NCBI GenBank assembly: GCA_045640265.1
Contig: JAZUES010000123.1
Coordinates: 1,873 to 65,872 of the forward strand
DNA length: 64,000 nucleotides
Direction of reading: 5' to 3'
Source: Solibacillus sp.
GTDB lineage: Bacteria; Bacillota; Bacilli; Bacillales_A; Planococcaceae
In this document: in pieces, positions 28,514-38,463 of the stretch
Position numbering within the stretch: position 1 is the stretch's first letter
Layout: every line of letters starts with the position of its first letter
Made by a program: the position numbers and the translations under genes
The notes under the pieces: model-generated
What the model saw: only the letters and a program-made list of their open reading frames with translations
Database searches by the model: none
What the model was told of the DNA's origin: nothing

Positions 28514-29371
28514 TTAAACAATTTCTGTCCAACCGTCTTTTTGCATAATTTTTCGTGCTTTCATTAATGTTCCTAGTGCACGTTTGAAAGCACCTTTACT
28601 CATGCCAAACATTTCTTGAACTTCTTCAGGTGTTGATTTATCACTGAATGGCATTTTACCGCCTACACTTTCTAAGTACGCTAAGATTTTATCAGCATCT
28701 TCACCTAAGCGCTCGTGTTTGCGTGGTAATAATGAGCCGTTTAACGAGCCGTCTTCTTTTACATCAATGATACGAACTTGTACATCTTGTCCTAAACGTG
28801 GCTCTGATTTCATTTCGGATTCATGGACAAAAATACGATGTGGTGTTTCTACACCAAGTAAAAATGAACCTACAGGTAATAAACGGTATGGACGTGCAGT
28901 AATATTTTTATTGAACGCATCTTCCGCCGCAACTTCATACATGTCATTTACTTTCTCTTCGGTAATTAAGCGCCCAAATAAATCACCATTACGATCTGTA
29001 CGCAATGTCATATACAAGTGATCGCCTGCTTCTGGCCATACTTCTTGAATTACTGGTAAATCCTCTGCGCGTACTAATACTTCACGCGATGTACCAATAT
29101 CACAAAATGCGCCTTCTTTTGTCACTTTCAATACACGTGCCCAACCATAGTCAGCTTCCGTAATATGTGGCACCATCGTTGTTGCTTGTAACTCGCCTCG
29201 ACGGTCTGTGTATAAAAATACTTTTACATGTTCACCAATTGTTAGCGTTTCTTCTACATCTGATGCATTTAAAGGAATTTCTAATTCCCCATTTGTTAAA
29301 ATATAACGCGACCCTTGTTCTTCTAATACCGTTAAGTCAACAACTTGTCCTGATTTCATTAATTGATTCAT
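28514..29371 (-). CDS. cvfB: S1-domain RNA-binding protein CvfB/YitL
   Basis: Repeated S1 domains and C-terminal winged helix DKSTPEEV...FGMSKGAFKRALGTLMK. Confidence 0.9.
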   Translation of the reverse strand: MNQLMKSGQVVDLTVLEEQGSRYILTNGELEIPLNASDVEETLTIGEHVKVFLYTDRRGELQATTMVPHITEADYGWARVLKVTKEGAFCDIGTSREVLVRAEDLPVIQEVWPEAGDHLYMTLRTDRNGDLFGRLITEEKVNDMYEVAAEDAFNKNITARPYRLLPVGSFLLGVETPHRIFVHESEMKSEPRLGQDVQVRIIDVKEDGSLNGSLLPRKHERLGEDADKILAYLESVGGKMPFSDKSTPEEVQEMFGMSKGAFKRALGTLMKARKIMQKDGWTEIV

Positions 29372-29397
29372 GTTATTCTCCTTTTTCTTGTTAATCA

Positions 29398-29817
29398 TTA
29401 CATACTATGATTTGACTTCATTTCTTCTAGCTTCCTTGTCAGTTCAGGCTGTTCTTCTAAAAGCTGAACAAGATCCGCAATACGGTCGATCGAATTCCAA
29501 CTTAAATGATGTTCAATCCCCTCAACATCGTCATAAATACGTTCCTCATCGACCCCAATTAATCGTAAAAGTTGCTCTAACAATTCATGACGCTGTACAA
29601 GTCGCTTCCCTAACTTTTGACCTTTTGGCGTCAATGTTAAGCCTCTATATTTTTCGTAGACTAAATAGCCGTCTTTATCCAATTTTTGAACCATTTTTGT
29701 AACTGAGGAAGGTAGAACAGATAAAGCTTCCGCGATATCAGACACACGAGCATATCCTTTATTATCAATAAGTAAATAAATTTGTTCGATGTGATCCTCC
29801 ATACTAGGTGTTGGCAT
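29398..29817 (-). CDS. mntR: Manganese transport regulator (DtxR family)
   Basis: [39 protein letters not shown]. Confidence 0.96.
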   Translation of the reverse strand: MPTPSMEDHIEQIYLLIDNKGYARVSDIAEALSVLPSSVTKMVQKLDKDGYLVYEKYRGLTLTPKGQKLGKRLVQRHELLEQLLRLIGVDEERIYDDVEGIEHHLSWNSIDRIADLVQLLEEQPELTRKLEEMKSNHSM

Positions 29818-29971
29818 AACTGTTCCCTCTCTTTCAAAATGCTACTTTCAGTTTACTACAATTTTGCGCAAAAAGTTAACTGAAAACGGTACAGGTTATT
29901 GAACTGAACTTTTATGGTATTTCAAAAAACAAAAAGGATACCAAAAAACTGAAATTTGGCATCCTTGCTTT

Positions 29972-30250
29972 TTAATGATTTGGATTTTTACTTACCACAT
30001 GAAGAGCTCGAATAATTTGTTTGTTAATTTCTTCTATACTTTCTGGCGTATTTAATTGCTTAAAAACGGCATCTCTCGATTTTTCAGATGCTACGTACTT
30101 TGTAGGCAAAGCATTTAATGCAATTGCATTTACATCCATTTCACATTGTTCACAATGACAAAATGTTTGATATTCTACACCATGCAGTAAAAATCCAACA
30201 AGACCCCGAACTATCTCCTCCGTTACATTCACTAACTTAACATTTGACAT
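29972..30250 (-). CDS. ComFB family protein (stand-alone)
   Basis: LVNVTEEIV, CHCEQC..D...ALN.LP.KYV, V..NP.H. Confidence 0.88.
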   Translation of the reverse strand: MSNVKLVNVTEEIVRGLVGFLLHGVEYQTFCHCEQCEMDVNAIALNALPTKYVASEKSRDAVFKQLNTPESIEEINKQIIRALHVVSKNPNH

Positions 30251-30385
30251 TTATAACTATTCGCCTCATTTTAAAATTCTTTTCTACCCTTAATATTATA
30301 ATGAAATGTTCAATAACTCAATATCTACTATAAATGAAATGCAGCTATTTTTATATTTTAGTGCAATATTACCTATTCCATTACA

Positions 30386-32542
30386 TTATTTTGTGATTTT
30401 AAGACTACTTCGAATTCCTTTATGAATTTTTAATAATCTCAAGGAATTCATTATAACTAATAATGTTGCACCCATATCCGCAAAAATAGCAATCCATAGT
30501 GTTAACCATCCTGGGATTACTAGTAATAGGGCTACTAACTTTAGGCCTAATGCAAAAGTAATATTTTGTCGAATTACTTTTAGCGTTTTTTTGCTTAGCT
30601 TCATCGTGTACGGTAATTTGGTTAAATCATCATTCATAAATACTACTTGAGCTGTTTCAAGTGCCGCATCTGTTCCAGCTCCACCCATCGCAATCCCGAT
30701 ATTTGCAGCAGCTAATGCTGGTGCATCATTTACCCCATCTCCTACCATAGCAACTGAACCATATTGCTGTTGTAATTGCTTCATTGCTTGGAGTTTTTGT
30801 TCAGGTAACAATTGGGCTCGTACATCATCAATCATTAATTGTTCAGCAATTTTGTCGGCAGTTGGCTTAGCGTCCCCCGTTAACATTACCGTATGTTGTA
30901 CGTTAACATCATGTAGTGCCTTGATAACGGCCTTACTTTCTTGACGTATTTGGTCAGCAATTGTTAGAATGCCTATTACCTGTTTTTCATTTGCAACGGC
31001 AATAACAGATTGGCCATTAGAAGCCAATTGTTCTATTTCTTGCACCAACTTTTCCGAAACAGTTATGAAAGATTGAATCCAAGAAACACTACCAACATAT
31101 ATAGTTGCATTGTTAACTGTCGCATATGTGCCTTTTCCTGTAACAGACTGAAAGTTTTCTGCATTTGGAATATAAATTTTTTCATCAAACGCTTTCGATA
31201 AAATGGCTCGTGCTAATGGATGTTGTGATCTTTTTTCAACAGCTGCAATTTGCGCAAGTAATTGTTTTTCATCATATTCACCCATCGCCTTAATGACCAT
31301 TACTTCTGGTTGACCCTTCGTTAACGTACCTGTCTTATCGAACGCAACAGCTTGAATTTGGCTTAATTCTTCTAAGTGCGCACCGCCTTTTATGAGCACG
31401 CCTTGTCTTGCTGCATTACCGATTGCAGTGACAATAGCTACTGGAGTAGAAATGACTAAGGCACATGGACAGCCTACTACAAGTACCGCTAAACCTTGAT
31501 ACACCCAGTGCGACCAGTCGCCTGTAATTCCCCCTGGTACGAGCGCAACTATAAGCGCAACAATCATAATAGTTGGTGTATAGTATTTGGCAAATCGATC
31601 AACAAATTTTTGAGATGGTGCCTTTTCTGCCTGCGCCTCTTCTACTAAGTGAATAATTTTAGCAATTGTAGTATCTTCCACACGTTTCGTTACGTTTACT
31701 TCGAGTGCACCGTTTTCATTTAAGGTACCAGCAAAAACGCTATCTCCTTCTATTTTTGTAACTGGTATTGATTCGCCTGTAATGGCTGCTTGATTGACCG
31801 TTGATGTACCAGCAGTCACGACACCATCCATCGCAATTTTTTGTCCCGGCTTAATAATTAATGTATCGCCAATCCGGATAGCATCTGTTGTGACTTCCAT
31901 TTCATGAAAATGTTCACCATGCGCTCGTTTAATCAATGCATGAGAAGGTGCAATATCAATCAATTGAGAAATTGATTGGCGTGCTTTATTCATTGAATAC
32001 GTTTCTAACACTTCACTGACAGCAAATAAAAATACAACAATAGCTGCCTCTTGCCATTCACCAATTACTGCCGCGCCAATAATTGCGATTGTTATTAACG
32101 TTTTCATATCAAAATCAAAATGCAGCAAGTTTTTTATTCCCGTAATAAAAATAGAAGAGCCTCCAACAATGATTGCGATTGCATAAAGACCAATTACTAC
32201 AACATGTCCTTCTCCTAATGAAACACTACTAATGAATCCAGCGATAACAAACAATAGTGAAAACAGTGCTAATTGATTTTCTTTTTGTTTATAAATTGGT
32301 TCCTTTTTCATTACTTTCCTATCTTTTGCTAAAGATACCTTTATACCGTCAAAGGCGCCTGCCTGCTCTAATTGTTCAACCGTTACGTCGCCCATAACCG
32401 TTAATTTGGCAGCACCAAAGTTCAGCTGTACATCCTCTACCGTTTCAATACCTCGTACGTTTCGTTCAAATTTAGCAGCACAATTGGCACATGATAAATT
32501 TTCTAACCGGTATTGTTCTGTTTTTTTTACCATGCTGCTCAC
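30386..32542 (-). CDS. cadA: Cd/Zn/Pb-translocating P1B-type ATPase
   Basis: LSCANC metal-binding domain, TGES, CPC, DKTGT, HP, GDGVNDAP. Confidence 0.93.
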   Translation of the reverse strand: MSSMVKKTEQYRLENLSCANCAAKFERNVRGIETVEDVQLNFGAAKLTVMGDVTVEQLEQAGAFDGIKVSLAKDRKVMKKEPIYKQKENQLALFSLLFVIAGFISSVSLGEGHVVVIGLYAIAIIVGGSSIFITGIKNLLHFDFDMKTLITIAIIGAAVIGEWQEAAIVVFLFAVSEVLETYSMNKARQSISQLIDIAPSHALIKRAHGEHFHEMEVTTDAIRIGDTLIIKPGQKIAMDGVVTAGTSTVNQAAITGESIPVTKIEGDSVFAGTLNENGALEVNVTKRVEDTTIAKIIHLVEEAQAEKAPSQKFVDRFAKYYTPTIMIVALIVALVPGGITGDWSHWVYQGLAVLVVGCPCALVISTPVAIVTAIGNAARQGVLIKGGAHLEELSQIQAVAFDKTGTLTKGQPEVMVIKAMGEYDEKQLLAQIAAVEKRSQHPLARAILSKAFDEKIYIPNAENFQSVTGKGTYATVNNATIYVGSVSWIQSFITVSEKLVQEIEQLASNGQSVIAVANEKQVIGILTIADQIRQESKAVIKALHDVNVQHTVMLTGDAKPTADKIAEQLMIDDVRAQLLPEQKLQAMKQLQQQYGSVAMVGDGVNDAPALAAANIGIAMGGAGTDAALETAQVVFMNDDLTKLPYTMKLSKKTLKVIRQNITFALGLKLVALLLVIPGWLTLWIAIFADMGATLLVIMNSLRLLKIHKGIRSSLKITK

Positions 32543-32880
32543 TCCTTTGAATGTTCATAAGCCATCGTTACTATTTGATACACATGATTATCGGCTAATG
32601 AATAATACATCAACTTTCCTTCACGTGTAGACTTTGCCAACCCGTGCTCTTTTAAATAACGTAAATGATGGGATGCTGTTGCTGTACTGGATCCAATTAT
32701 TGCCGCAACATCACATACACAAAGCCTTTTCTCAATTGTTAAAGCATATGTAATTTTTAAACGTGTTTCATCTGCTAATGCTTTTAAAACTTGTGCTACC
32801 CTTGATAGATCTGGCATCTGTTGTTTGATGTGATCGACCACTTGTTCATTTATTTTGGTTACTTCACAAACTTCTTTCAT
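32539..32880 (-). CDS. cadC: ArsR/SmtB metal-sensing repressor CadC
   Basis: N-terminal Cys, LCVCD, ATASHHLR, YYSL.D.HV; overlaps the cadA start; start ATG 32880. Confidence 0.9.
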   Translation of the reverse strand: MKEVCEVTKINEQVVDHIKQQMPDLSRVAQVLKALADETRLKITYALTIEKRLCVCDVAAIIGSSTATASHHLRYLKEHGLAKSTREGKLMYYSLADNHVYQIVTMAYEHSKE

Positions 32881-32891
32881 CGTCTTACCCC

Positions 32892-32962
32892 CTACATTCA
32901 AACCTTCATTTGAATGTAGTGTATCGTATTCGACCAGAACATTCAAATGCTCGTTTGAATGT
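32892..32962 (-). promoter_or_regulatory. cadCA promoter with two CadC operators
   Basis: Palindromes CTACATTCAAA-N6-TTTGAATGTAG (32892-32919) and ACATTCAAA-N6-TTTGAATGT (32939-32962); minus-strand TTGAAT-N17-TACACT between them. Confidence 0.8.
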
Positions 32963-32997
32963 AAAAAGGTAATTTCTCTACATTGAGAAATTACCTT
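32963..32997 (-). terminator. Terminator after the penicillin acylase gene
   Basis: aaggtaatttctc-tacatt-gagaaattacctt with a T-run on the minus strand. Confidence 0.75.
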
Positions 32998-33002
32998 ACT
33001 AT

Positions 33003-35390
33003 TTATTGGGCTTTTAATTTTAATTTGTACTGTTTATTAAATGAGCCGTCTGTATGTGTCATGTGATAGTTACCATCGATCCAGTCTTGTACTTGGTTGT
33101 CATACCATTTTGACTTTATATGTCCACTTAAACCTGGTCCTACAATATGCTGTGCTGCAGAAAGATTGTCGACATCCACGACAAAGCGCCATGATGCTCC
33201 GTGCGTTACATTCCCATTGCCATCTTCAGCAGCAGCTTGAACCGTTACACTTGAACCACCTACAGGTAATTGTTTAGGATTTAGGAAAGTTGCTAAAAGT
33301 TCTGATGCACTCGCTAATGGATGTTTAAATAGAAGCTGATTGTAGTTTCCCCATTGCCATGTTGAAATTTTCTCCCCAAAGCTATCTTCAATTTTATCAA
33401 CAGATTTTTTAAAGGCAGTATATACGAGCTGATCAAGTCCCCCCGCATTTGTAATCCAAACACCTGGTTTATCTGCATATGCATCACGCAATAATTGATC
33501 GGTAATAAGTGATTTTCCTGCCATTAATTTATAAATATCTTCTGGCATGGCATCTTTAAACAAATCGTTTTCTATCGTTTCGATAAGGAGATGATAGACA
33601 AGTGGTGCACCTTGACCGATTGCATCAACATAATCCCAAGATTCAAGGAGTGCAATCACTTCTTTATGCTCACTGCTTGTATCTTGTTCCTTTATCGTTT
33701 GGAGTAAGCTCGGTAAAAATTCTACTGCATGCAAATTTTTCTGATCCATTTGCATTGCTTTCATATCATCTATTGTTAACTTTGATTCAGCCGTTTCGAT
33801 CATTTCAACAATACGTTCATAACGATATGGCTGTGCCCATAAATTCGAAAGATGGTACGGATATTCATCCCCTACTACTTCATTGTTCGCTGTGGCGATA
33901 TAGCCTTCTTTCGGATTAATAACAGTCGGTAATTCATCAAATGGAATATAGCTTTCCCATCCATAATCTGAAGAATCTCCTGGTACTGGTAATGCACCTG
34001 TTCCTTGTTTGCGAATTGGCACTAATCCATTTGCTTTATAGGCAATCGTACCATCCTTTGAAGCAAATACGAAGTTTTGAGCGGGCACTTTGAAATCCTT
34101 TAACGCCTCATCAAACTCTTCCCAGTTGGTAGATTTATTAAAGCCTAATACCGCTTTTAATTCTTGTGTCGATTGCAGTGCTGTCCATTGCATTGCAAAC
34201 TGCTCTTTTACTTCCGTTTCTTTTGTAATGATATTTGAAATAATGGGCCCATGACGTGTTTCAATGACTTCAAAATCAATCGGCTCTTGGTCTTTTACTT
34301 GAATCGTCTCTTGTCGAACTATTGCGTCTTCCCATTTTCCGTCGTATTTGAATTGATGCGGGTTTTCTGGATTTGGTATTTCTATATATAAATCTTGGAC
34401 GTCTGGATTCACATTCGTTACGCCCCATGCAATTTCATCGTTATGCCCTAAAATAATACCTGGTATCCCTGCAAAAATTACTCCACTTACATTTTGTTCA
34501 GGTGATTGCAGATGCATTTGGTACCAAACAGATGGTGTACTTAACCCTAAATGTGGATCATCTGCTAATAAGGGTTTTCCTGATTGCGTTAACTCACCAC
34601 TAATGACCCAGTTATTACTACCATTAAATTCAGGTGGTAAATAATCTGCTGTAAAAGTTGATGCAATATTTGTTGATAAATTTAAATTTGCTTCAATAAT
34701 TGATTTTGCATTTTCTGGATAATCCACAAACAGCTCTTCTGCTTGCTCCTTTGAGTAATTTTGCAATGCCCATGAACGGAATGCTTGTTGATTCCAGTTG
34801 CCACCTAAATCGTACGCCATATATTTTCCAATAACTAATGAATCAATTGGCGTCCATGGGGCTGGTTGATAACCAAGGAGCTTAAATTCATAAGAAAGTT
34901 TGCTTGTTCCCTTCACTTCATCGATAAAGGCATTCACCCCGTCCGCAAACCACTGTAAAATTTGCTGGGAATCTGCATCATAATCCTGCCATGAAAGTTC
35001 AGCTGCATGACGTAAACTAAATGTACGAAAATATTTATCTGTATTAACTGCAGAAGTACCTACTACTTCTGCGAGCGTACCACTCGCTTGACGGCGTGCT
35101 AAATCCATCTGAAATAATCGGTCCTGTGCTTGTACATAACCTTGAGCCCGGTAAAGGTCTGCATCTGATTTTGCAGAAATGTGTGGAACACCTACTTCAT
35201 CTCGCGTTACCGAAACATCGGCGTCTAGAATTGATACGGTGGTTTCTCCTTCAATTACAGGTTTTGAGTTTGCTAAAAAGAATTGTAATCCCGCAATAGC
35301 AAGTCCGCCTAAAATGATGAAAATCGCTAAAATCCAAATGACAACGCTAGCGATTTTACGCCCTTTTGTTTTTGTCTTTTGTTGCGCCAT
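33003..35390 (-). CDS. Penicillin acylase family Ntn-hydrolase (peptidase S45), N-terminally membrane anchored
   Basis: RD..GVPHI.A, AQGYVQAQDRLFQMD, GSNNW autocleavage Ser, DPHL, GHN..IAWGVTN. Confidence 0.92.
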   Translation of the reverse strand: MAQQKTKTKGRKIASVVIWILAIFIILGGLAIAGLQFFLANSKPVIEGETTVSILDADVSVTRDEVGVPHISAKSDADLYRAQGYVQAQDRLFQMDLARRQASGTLAEVVGTSAVNTDKYFRTFSLRHAAELSWQDYDADSQQILQWFADGVNAFIDEVKGTSKLSYEFKLLGYQPAPWTPIDSLVIGKYMAYDLGGNWNQQAFRSWALQNYSKEQAEELFVDYPENAKSIIEANLNLSTNIASTFTADYLPPEFNGSNNWVISGELTQSGKPLLADDPHLGLSTPSVWYQMHLQSPEQNVSGVIFAGIPGIILGHNDEIAWGVTNVNPDVQDLYIEIPNPENPHQFKYDGKWEDAIVRQETIQVKDQEPIDFEVIETRHGPIISNIITKETEVKEQFAMQWTALQSTQELKAVLGFNKSTNWEEFDEALKDFKVPAQNFVFASKDGTIAYKANGLVPIRKQGTGALPVPGDSSDYGWESYIPFDELPTVINPKEGYIATANNEVVGDEYPYHLSNLWAQPYRYERIVEMIETAESKLTIDDMKAMQMDQKNLHAVEFLPSLLQTIKEQDTSSEHKEVIALLESWDYVDAIGQGAPLVYHLLIETIENDLFKDAMPEDIYKLMAGKSLITDQLLRDAYADKPGVWITNAGGLDQLVYTAFKKSVDKIEDSFGEKISTWQWGNYNQLLFKHPLASASELLATFLNPKQLPVGGSSVTVQAAAEDGNGNVTHGASWRFVVDVDNLSAAQHIVGPGLSGHIKSKWYDNQVQDWIDGNYHMTHTDGSFNKQYKLKLKAQ

Positions 35391-35482
35391 ATTCCACCTC
35401 AGTTCGTTAAATTAAAAAAAAAAAATGTATCTCAACTAGTTCGATACATCTTTTTGAATTCCTGCTATTTAAACGTGCGTGA

Positions 35483-36244
35483 TCACATCGTTGTGAGTTT
35501 GAGTTCAATTGGACAATGATCACTGCCCAAAACATTTGCGTGAATCGATGCTTGCTCTAAATGATCTACCACACGATTTGACACGATAAAATAATCGATA
35601 CGCCAACCTATGTTTCGCTCGCGAACTTTATTCATATACGACCACCATGTGAAATGGTCGGTTTCATCCGGATGCAGTTTACGGAATGTATCTGTAAATC
35701 CACTTGCTAATAAATCCGTCATTTTACCGCGTTCTTCTGTTGTAAAGCCTGAATTGCCTTTATTGGATTTCGCATTTTTCAAGTCCAATTCTTCGTGAGC
35801 CACGTTCAGATCTCCACAATAGATAACGTTTTTTTTCGCATCTAATTCTAGTAAATACTGACGCATACGATTTTCCCATAAAAGACGTTCTGCTAAACGT
35901 GTTAAATCACGCTTGGCATTAGGCGTATAAACATTTACTAAATAAAATTTTTCATATTCTAATGTAATGATACGCCCTTCATCTTTTGCAACTTCATCGT
36001 CTATTCCATATCGGACTGAAAGCGGTTCGTGTTTTGTGAAAATAGCTGTCCCTGAATAGCCCTTTTTCACAGCATCATTCCAATACTGGTGATAGCCATC
36101 TAGTTGTAGATTGATCTGTCCAGTTTGGCATTTCGTTTCTTGAATACAAAAAAAATCCGCATCTACCTGATAAAAATAATCTAGGAATCCCTTATTCACA
36201 CAAGCTCGAATTCCATTGACATTCCATGAAATAAATTTCATCAT
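35483..36244 (-). CDS. exoA: Exodeoxyribonuclease III / AP endonuclease
   Basis: SWNVNG, QETK, GDLNVAH, GWRIDY, GSDHCP. Confidence 0.95.
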   Translation of the reverse strand: MMKFISWNVNGIRACVNKGFLDYFYQVDADFFCIQETKCQTGQINLQLDGYHQYWNDAVKKGYSGTAIFTKHEPLSVRYGIDDEVAKDEGRIITLEYEKFYLVNVYTPNAKRDLTRLAERLLWENRMRQYLLELDAKKNVIYCGDLNVAHEELDLKNAKSNKGNSGFTTEERGKMTDLLASGFTDTFRKLHPDETDHFTWWSYMNKVRERNIGWRIDYFIVSNRVVDHLEQASIHANVLGSDHCPIELKLTTM

Positions 36245-36319
36245 TCCTACTCCTCACTATGTATTTACTATTAAATGAAAATAAGTGCCCTTCGAATTTT
36301 CGAAAGACACTTATCTGTT

Positions 36320-37240
36320 TTAATCTTCACCGACGATTTTAACTTCCATCTCTAATTCAACATCGAACTTTTCTTTTACGACACGTTGAACCATTTGAAT
36401 TGTCTCGATGTAATCCTTCGCCGTCGCATTGTTTTTATTAACAATAAAGCCGGCGTGCTTCGTTGAAACTTCTGCACCGCCTACACCTTTTCCTTGCAAT
36501 TCGCTATCTTGGATTAACTTCCCAGCGAAATGTCCAGGTGGTCGCTTAAATACACTACCTGCTGATGGATATTCAAGTGGTTGCTTTGACTCGCGTTGAT
36601 GTGTTAAATCTGCAATTTTCTCGTCAATTTGCTTTTGATTGCCTTTTGCTAATTGGAATGTTGCTGAAAGTACATAATATCCTTTTTTTGAGATAATGCT
36701 TTTACGATAAGAAAGTTCTAGTTCCTCGTTAGATAAAATCAGCATTTCGCCTTCAGGTGTTAATACCGTGCAAGAAGTAACAATATCTTTAATCTCTCCA
36801 CCGTAAGCACCTGCGTTCATCGCCATTGCACCACCGATTGAGCCTGGAATTCCACAAGCAAATTCAAAGCCAGTTAAACTTTGTGCTGCTACTTGTTTTG
36901 AAACTTCTTTAATCAGTGCACCACTTTGTGCATAGACAATATCACCATCTACTCGAATTTCATTTAATAATGCAAAACTTAATACAATACCGCGCACGCC
37001 ACCATCACGAACGACCATATTCGAACCGTTGCCTAACATTAATAATGGAATATTATTTAAAGACGCATACTTTACCACAGCTGCTGCATGTTCTTCAGTT
37101 TCTGGTAATACGAAAACGTCAGCTTTTCCGCCAAGTTTCGTCATTGTATATTTTTTTAGTGATTCATTTACTTTAATATTATGTGTAGGAATCCACTGCG
37201 CGAGGTCCTTTTCCCACTGTTGAATTGTCATAAAAGCCAT
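36320..37240 (-). CDS. murB: UDP-N-acetylenolpyruvoylglucosamine reductase
   Basis: LGNGSN, GIPGSIGGA..MNAGAYG, SAGSVFKRP, VS.KHAGF. Confidence 0.96.
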   Translation of the reverse strand: MAFMTIQQWEKDLAQWIPTHNIKVNESLKKYTMTKLGGKADVFVLPETEEHAAAVVKYASLNNIPLLMLGNGSNMVVRDGGVRGIVLSFALLNEIRVDGDIVYAQSGALIKEVSKQVAAQSLTGFEFACGIPGSIGGAMAMNAGAYGGEIKDIVTSCTVLTPEGEMLILSNEELELSYRKSIISKKGYYVLSATFQLAKGNQKQIDEKIADLTHQRESKQPLEYPSAGSVFKRPPGHFAGKLIQDSELQGKGVGGAEVSTKHAGFIVNKNNATAKDYIETIQMVQRVVKEKFDVELEMEVKIVGED

Positions 37241-37314
37241 TTTCCTTTCTTATAAAGCTCCGTACCTCTTTAGTATCTGTTTTAACTGTACTTTTTACAA
37301 GTAAAACAATATGG

Positions 37315-37629
37315 CTAAAGCCAATTTTTTGCCCAGGTTTCGATTTCTCTTACTGCCTGCTCTAGAGAATACCCTTTGGCAGTCAAATTATATTCAACAC
37401 GAATCGGTACTTCTGAAAAAACATTGCGTTCGACAATTCCTTCTTTTTCCAATTCTTTCAAACGTTCCGAAAGCAATCTTCCACTAATTGGTAATGCTGA
37501 TTCAATCGCATTAAAGCGCTGAGGTCCTTCTAATAGTTGATAAATAATTAACGCTGTCCATCTTTTTCCTACAAGTTCCATTGCTTTAGATAAACGCGGA
37601 CATAATGCCGTTTCTTTCACCTTTTTCAC
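37315..37629 (-). CDS. catR: MarR/DUF24 (HxlR) redox-sensing repressor, CatR-like
   Basis: LCPR..KA.EL..KRW, SGRLLSERLKELE, PIRVEY; by eye closer to B. subtilis CatR than to YodB. Confidence 0.7.
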   Translation of the reverse strand: MKKVKETALCPRLSKAMELVGKRWTALIIYQLLEGPQRFNAIESALPISGRLLSERLKELEKEGIVERNVFSEVPIRVEYNLTAKGYSLEQAVREIETWAKNWL

Positions 37630-37701
37630 CTCTATTAACGATTTACTTTTCCAAAATATAAGTTCAACATTTATAGTTTCTATTTTACCACTTGAATCAA
37701 A

Positions 37702-37727
37702 TTACGAAAAGTAAGTAGCTTACTTAC
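37702..37727. promoter_or_regulatory. CatR-type operator
   Basis: TTAC-gaaaa-GTAA (37702-37714) overlapping GTAAGT-agctt-ACTTAC (37711-37727) in the divergent promoter region. Confidence 0.65.
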
Positions 37728-37804
37728 AAAATCCATTGTAATAAATATCCAACTATTTTATGATAAGAATAACAGAATTATTTACTTTTACAGGAGGAAG
37801 AATT

Positions 37805-38329
37805 ATGACTACATACGCAGTTGATTTATTACATTCATCGATTAACTTCTCAATCAAACATATGATGATTACTAAAGTAAATGGCGCGTTTGATTCTTAT
37901 TCTGCTCAAATTGAAGCCGAACAAATTGAGAACTTCAAGAATTCTGCTATCCGATTTGAGTTGGATGTAGCCAGTATTAATACACGTGACACTTTTAGAG
38001 ATCACCATTTAGTTTCTGCTGATTTTTTTAATGCAGATCGTTACCCTAAAATTATTTTTGAGAAAAAATCAATAGAAGAAAATGAAGATAAATTTAAGTT
38101 AATCGGCGATTTAACAATTAAAGACATAACGAAGCCTATTACTTTCGATGTAACCTATTTAGGTTATGCAAAAAGTCCTTGGAATACCGATGCTTTTGGA
38201 TTTTCTTGTTCAACTTGGATTAATCGTAAAGAATTTAACTTAACTTACAATGCCACACTTGAAAAAGGCGGATTATTACTCGACGAGAATGTTAAAATTA
38301 ACGTAGAACTACAGTTAAATCCCATTTAA
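37805..38329 (+). CDS. YceI-family lipid/polyisoprenoid-binding protein
   Basis: HSSINF.IKHMMI.KV.G.F, SINT....RD.HL.SADFF, GDLTIK; RBS AGGAGG before ATG 37805. Confidence 0.9.
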   Translation: MTTYAVDLLHSSINFSIKHMMITKVNGAFDSYSAQIEAEQIENFKNSAIRFELDVASINTRDTFRDHHLVSADFFNADRYPKIIFEKKSIEENEDKFKLIGDLTIKDITKPITFDVTYLGYAKSPWNTDAFGFSCSTWINRKEFNLTYNATLEKGGLLLDENVKINVELQLNPI

Positions 38330-38411
38330 CTTAGAAAAACAAATTTCAAGCCACTTTCGAGAAATTACTATCTTTTCTTATGTAGCTTCTTTGAAATTTA
38401 TACTTCACCTG

Positions 38412-38451
38412 AAAAAAGGAGCCACCCGTAAATACGGGTGACTCCTTTTTC
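38412..38451. terminator. Bidirectional terminator
   Basis: aaaaaaggagccacccgta-aa-tacgggtgactcctttttt. Confidence 0.85.
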
Positions 38452-38463
38452 ATTGTACTTAAA

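Noticed and set aside
30386-32997. cadCA as a transposon or plasmid-derived island
   Set aside because: No transposase, integrase, terminal repeats or obvious composition shift.
35414-35425. 12-nt poly(A) run as a phase-variation tract
   Set aside because: It is the U-tail of the exoA terminator on the minus strand and lies outside any CDS.
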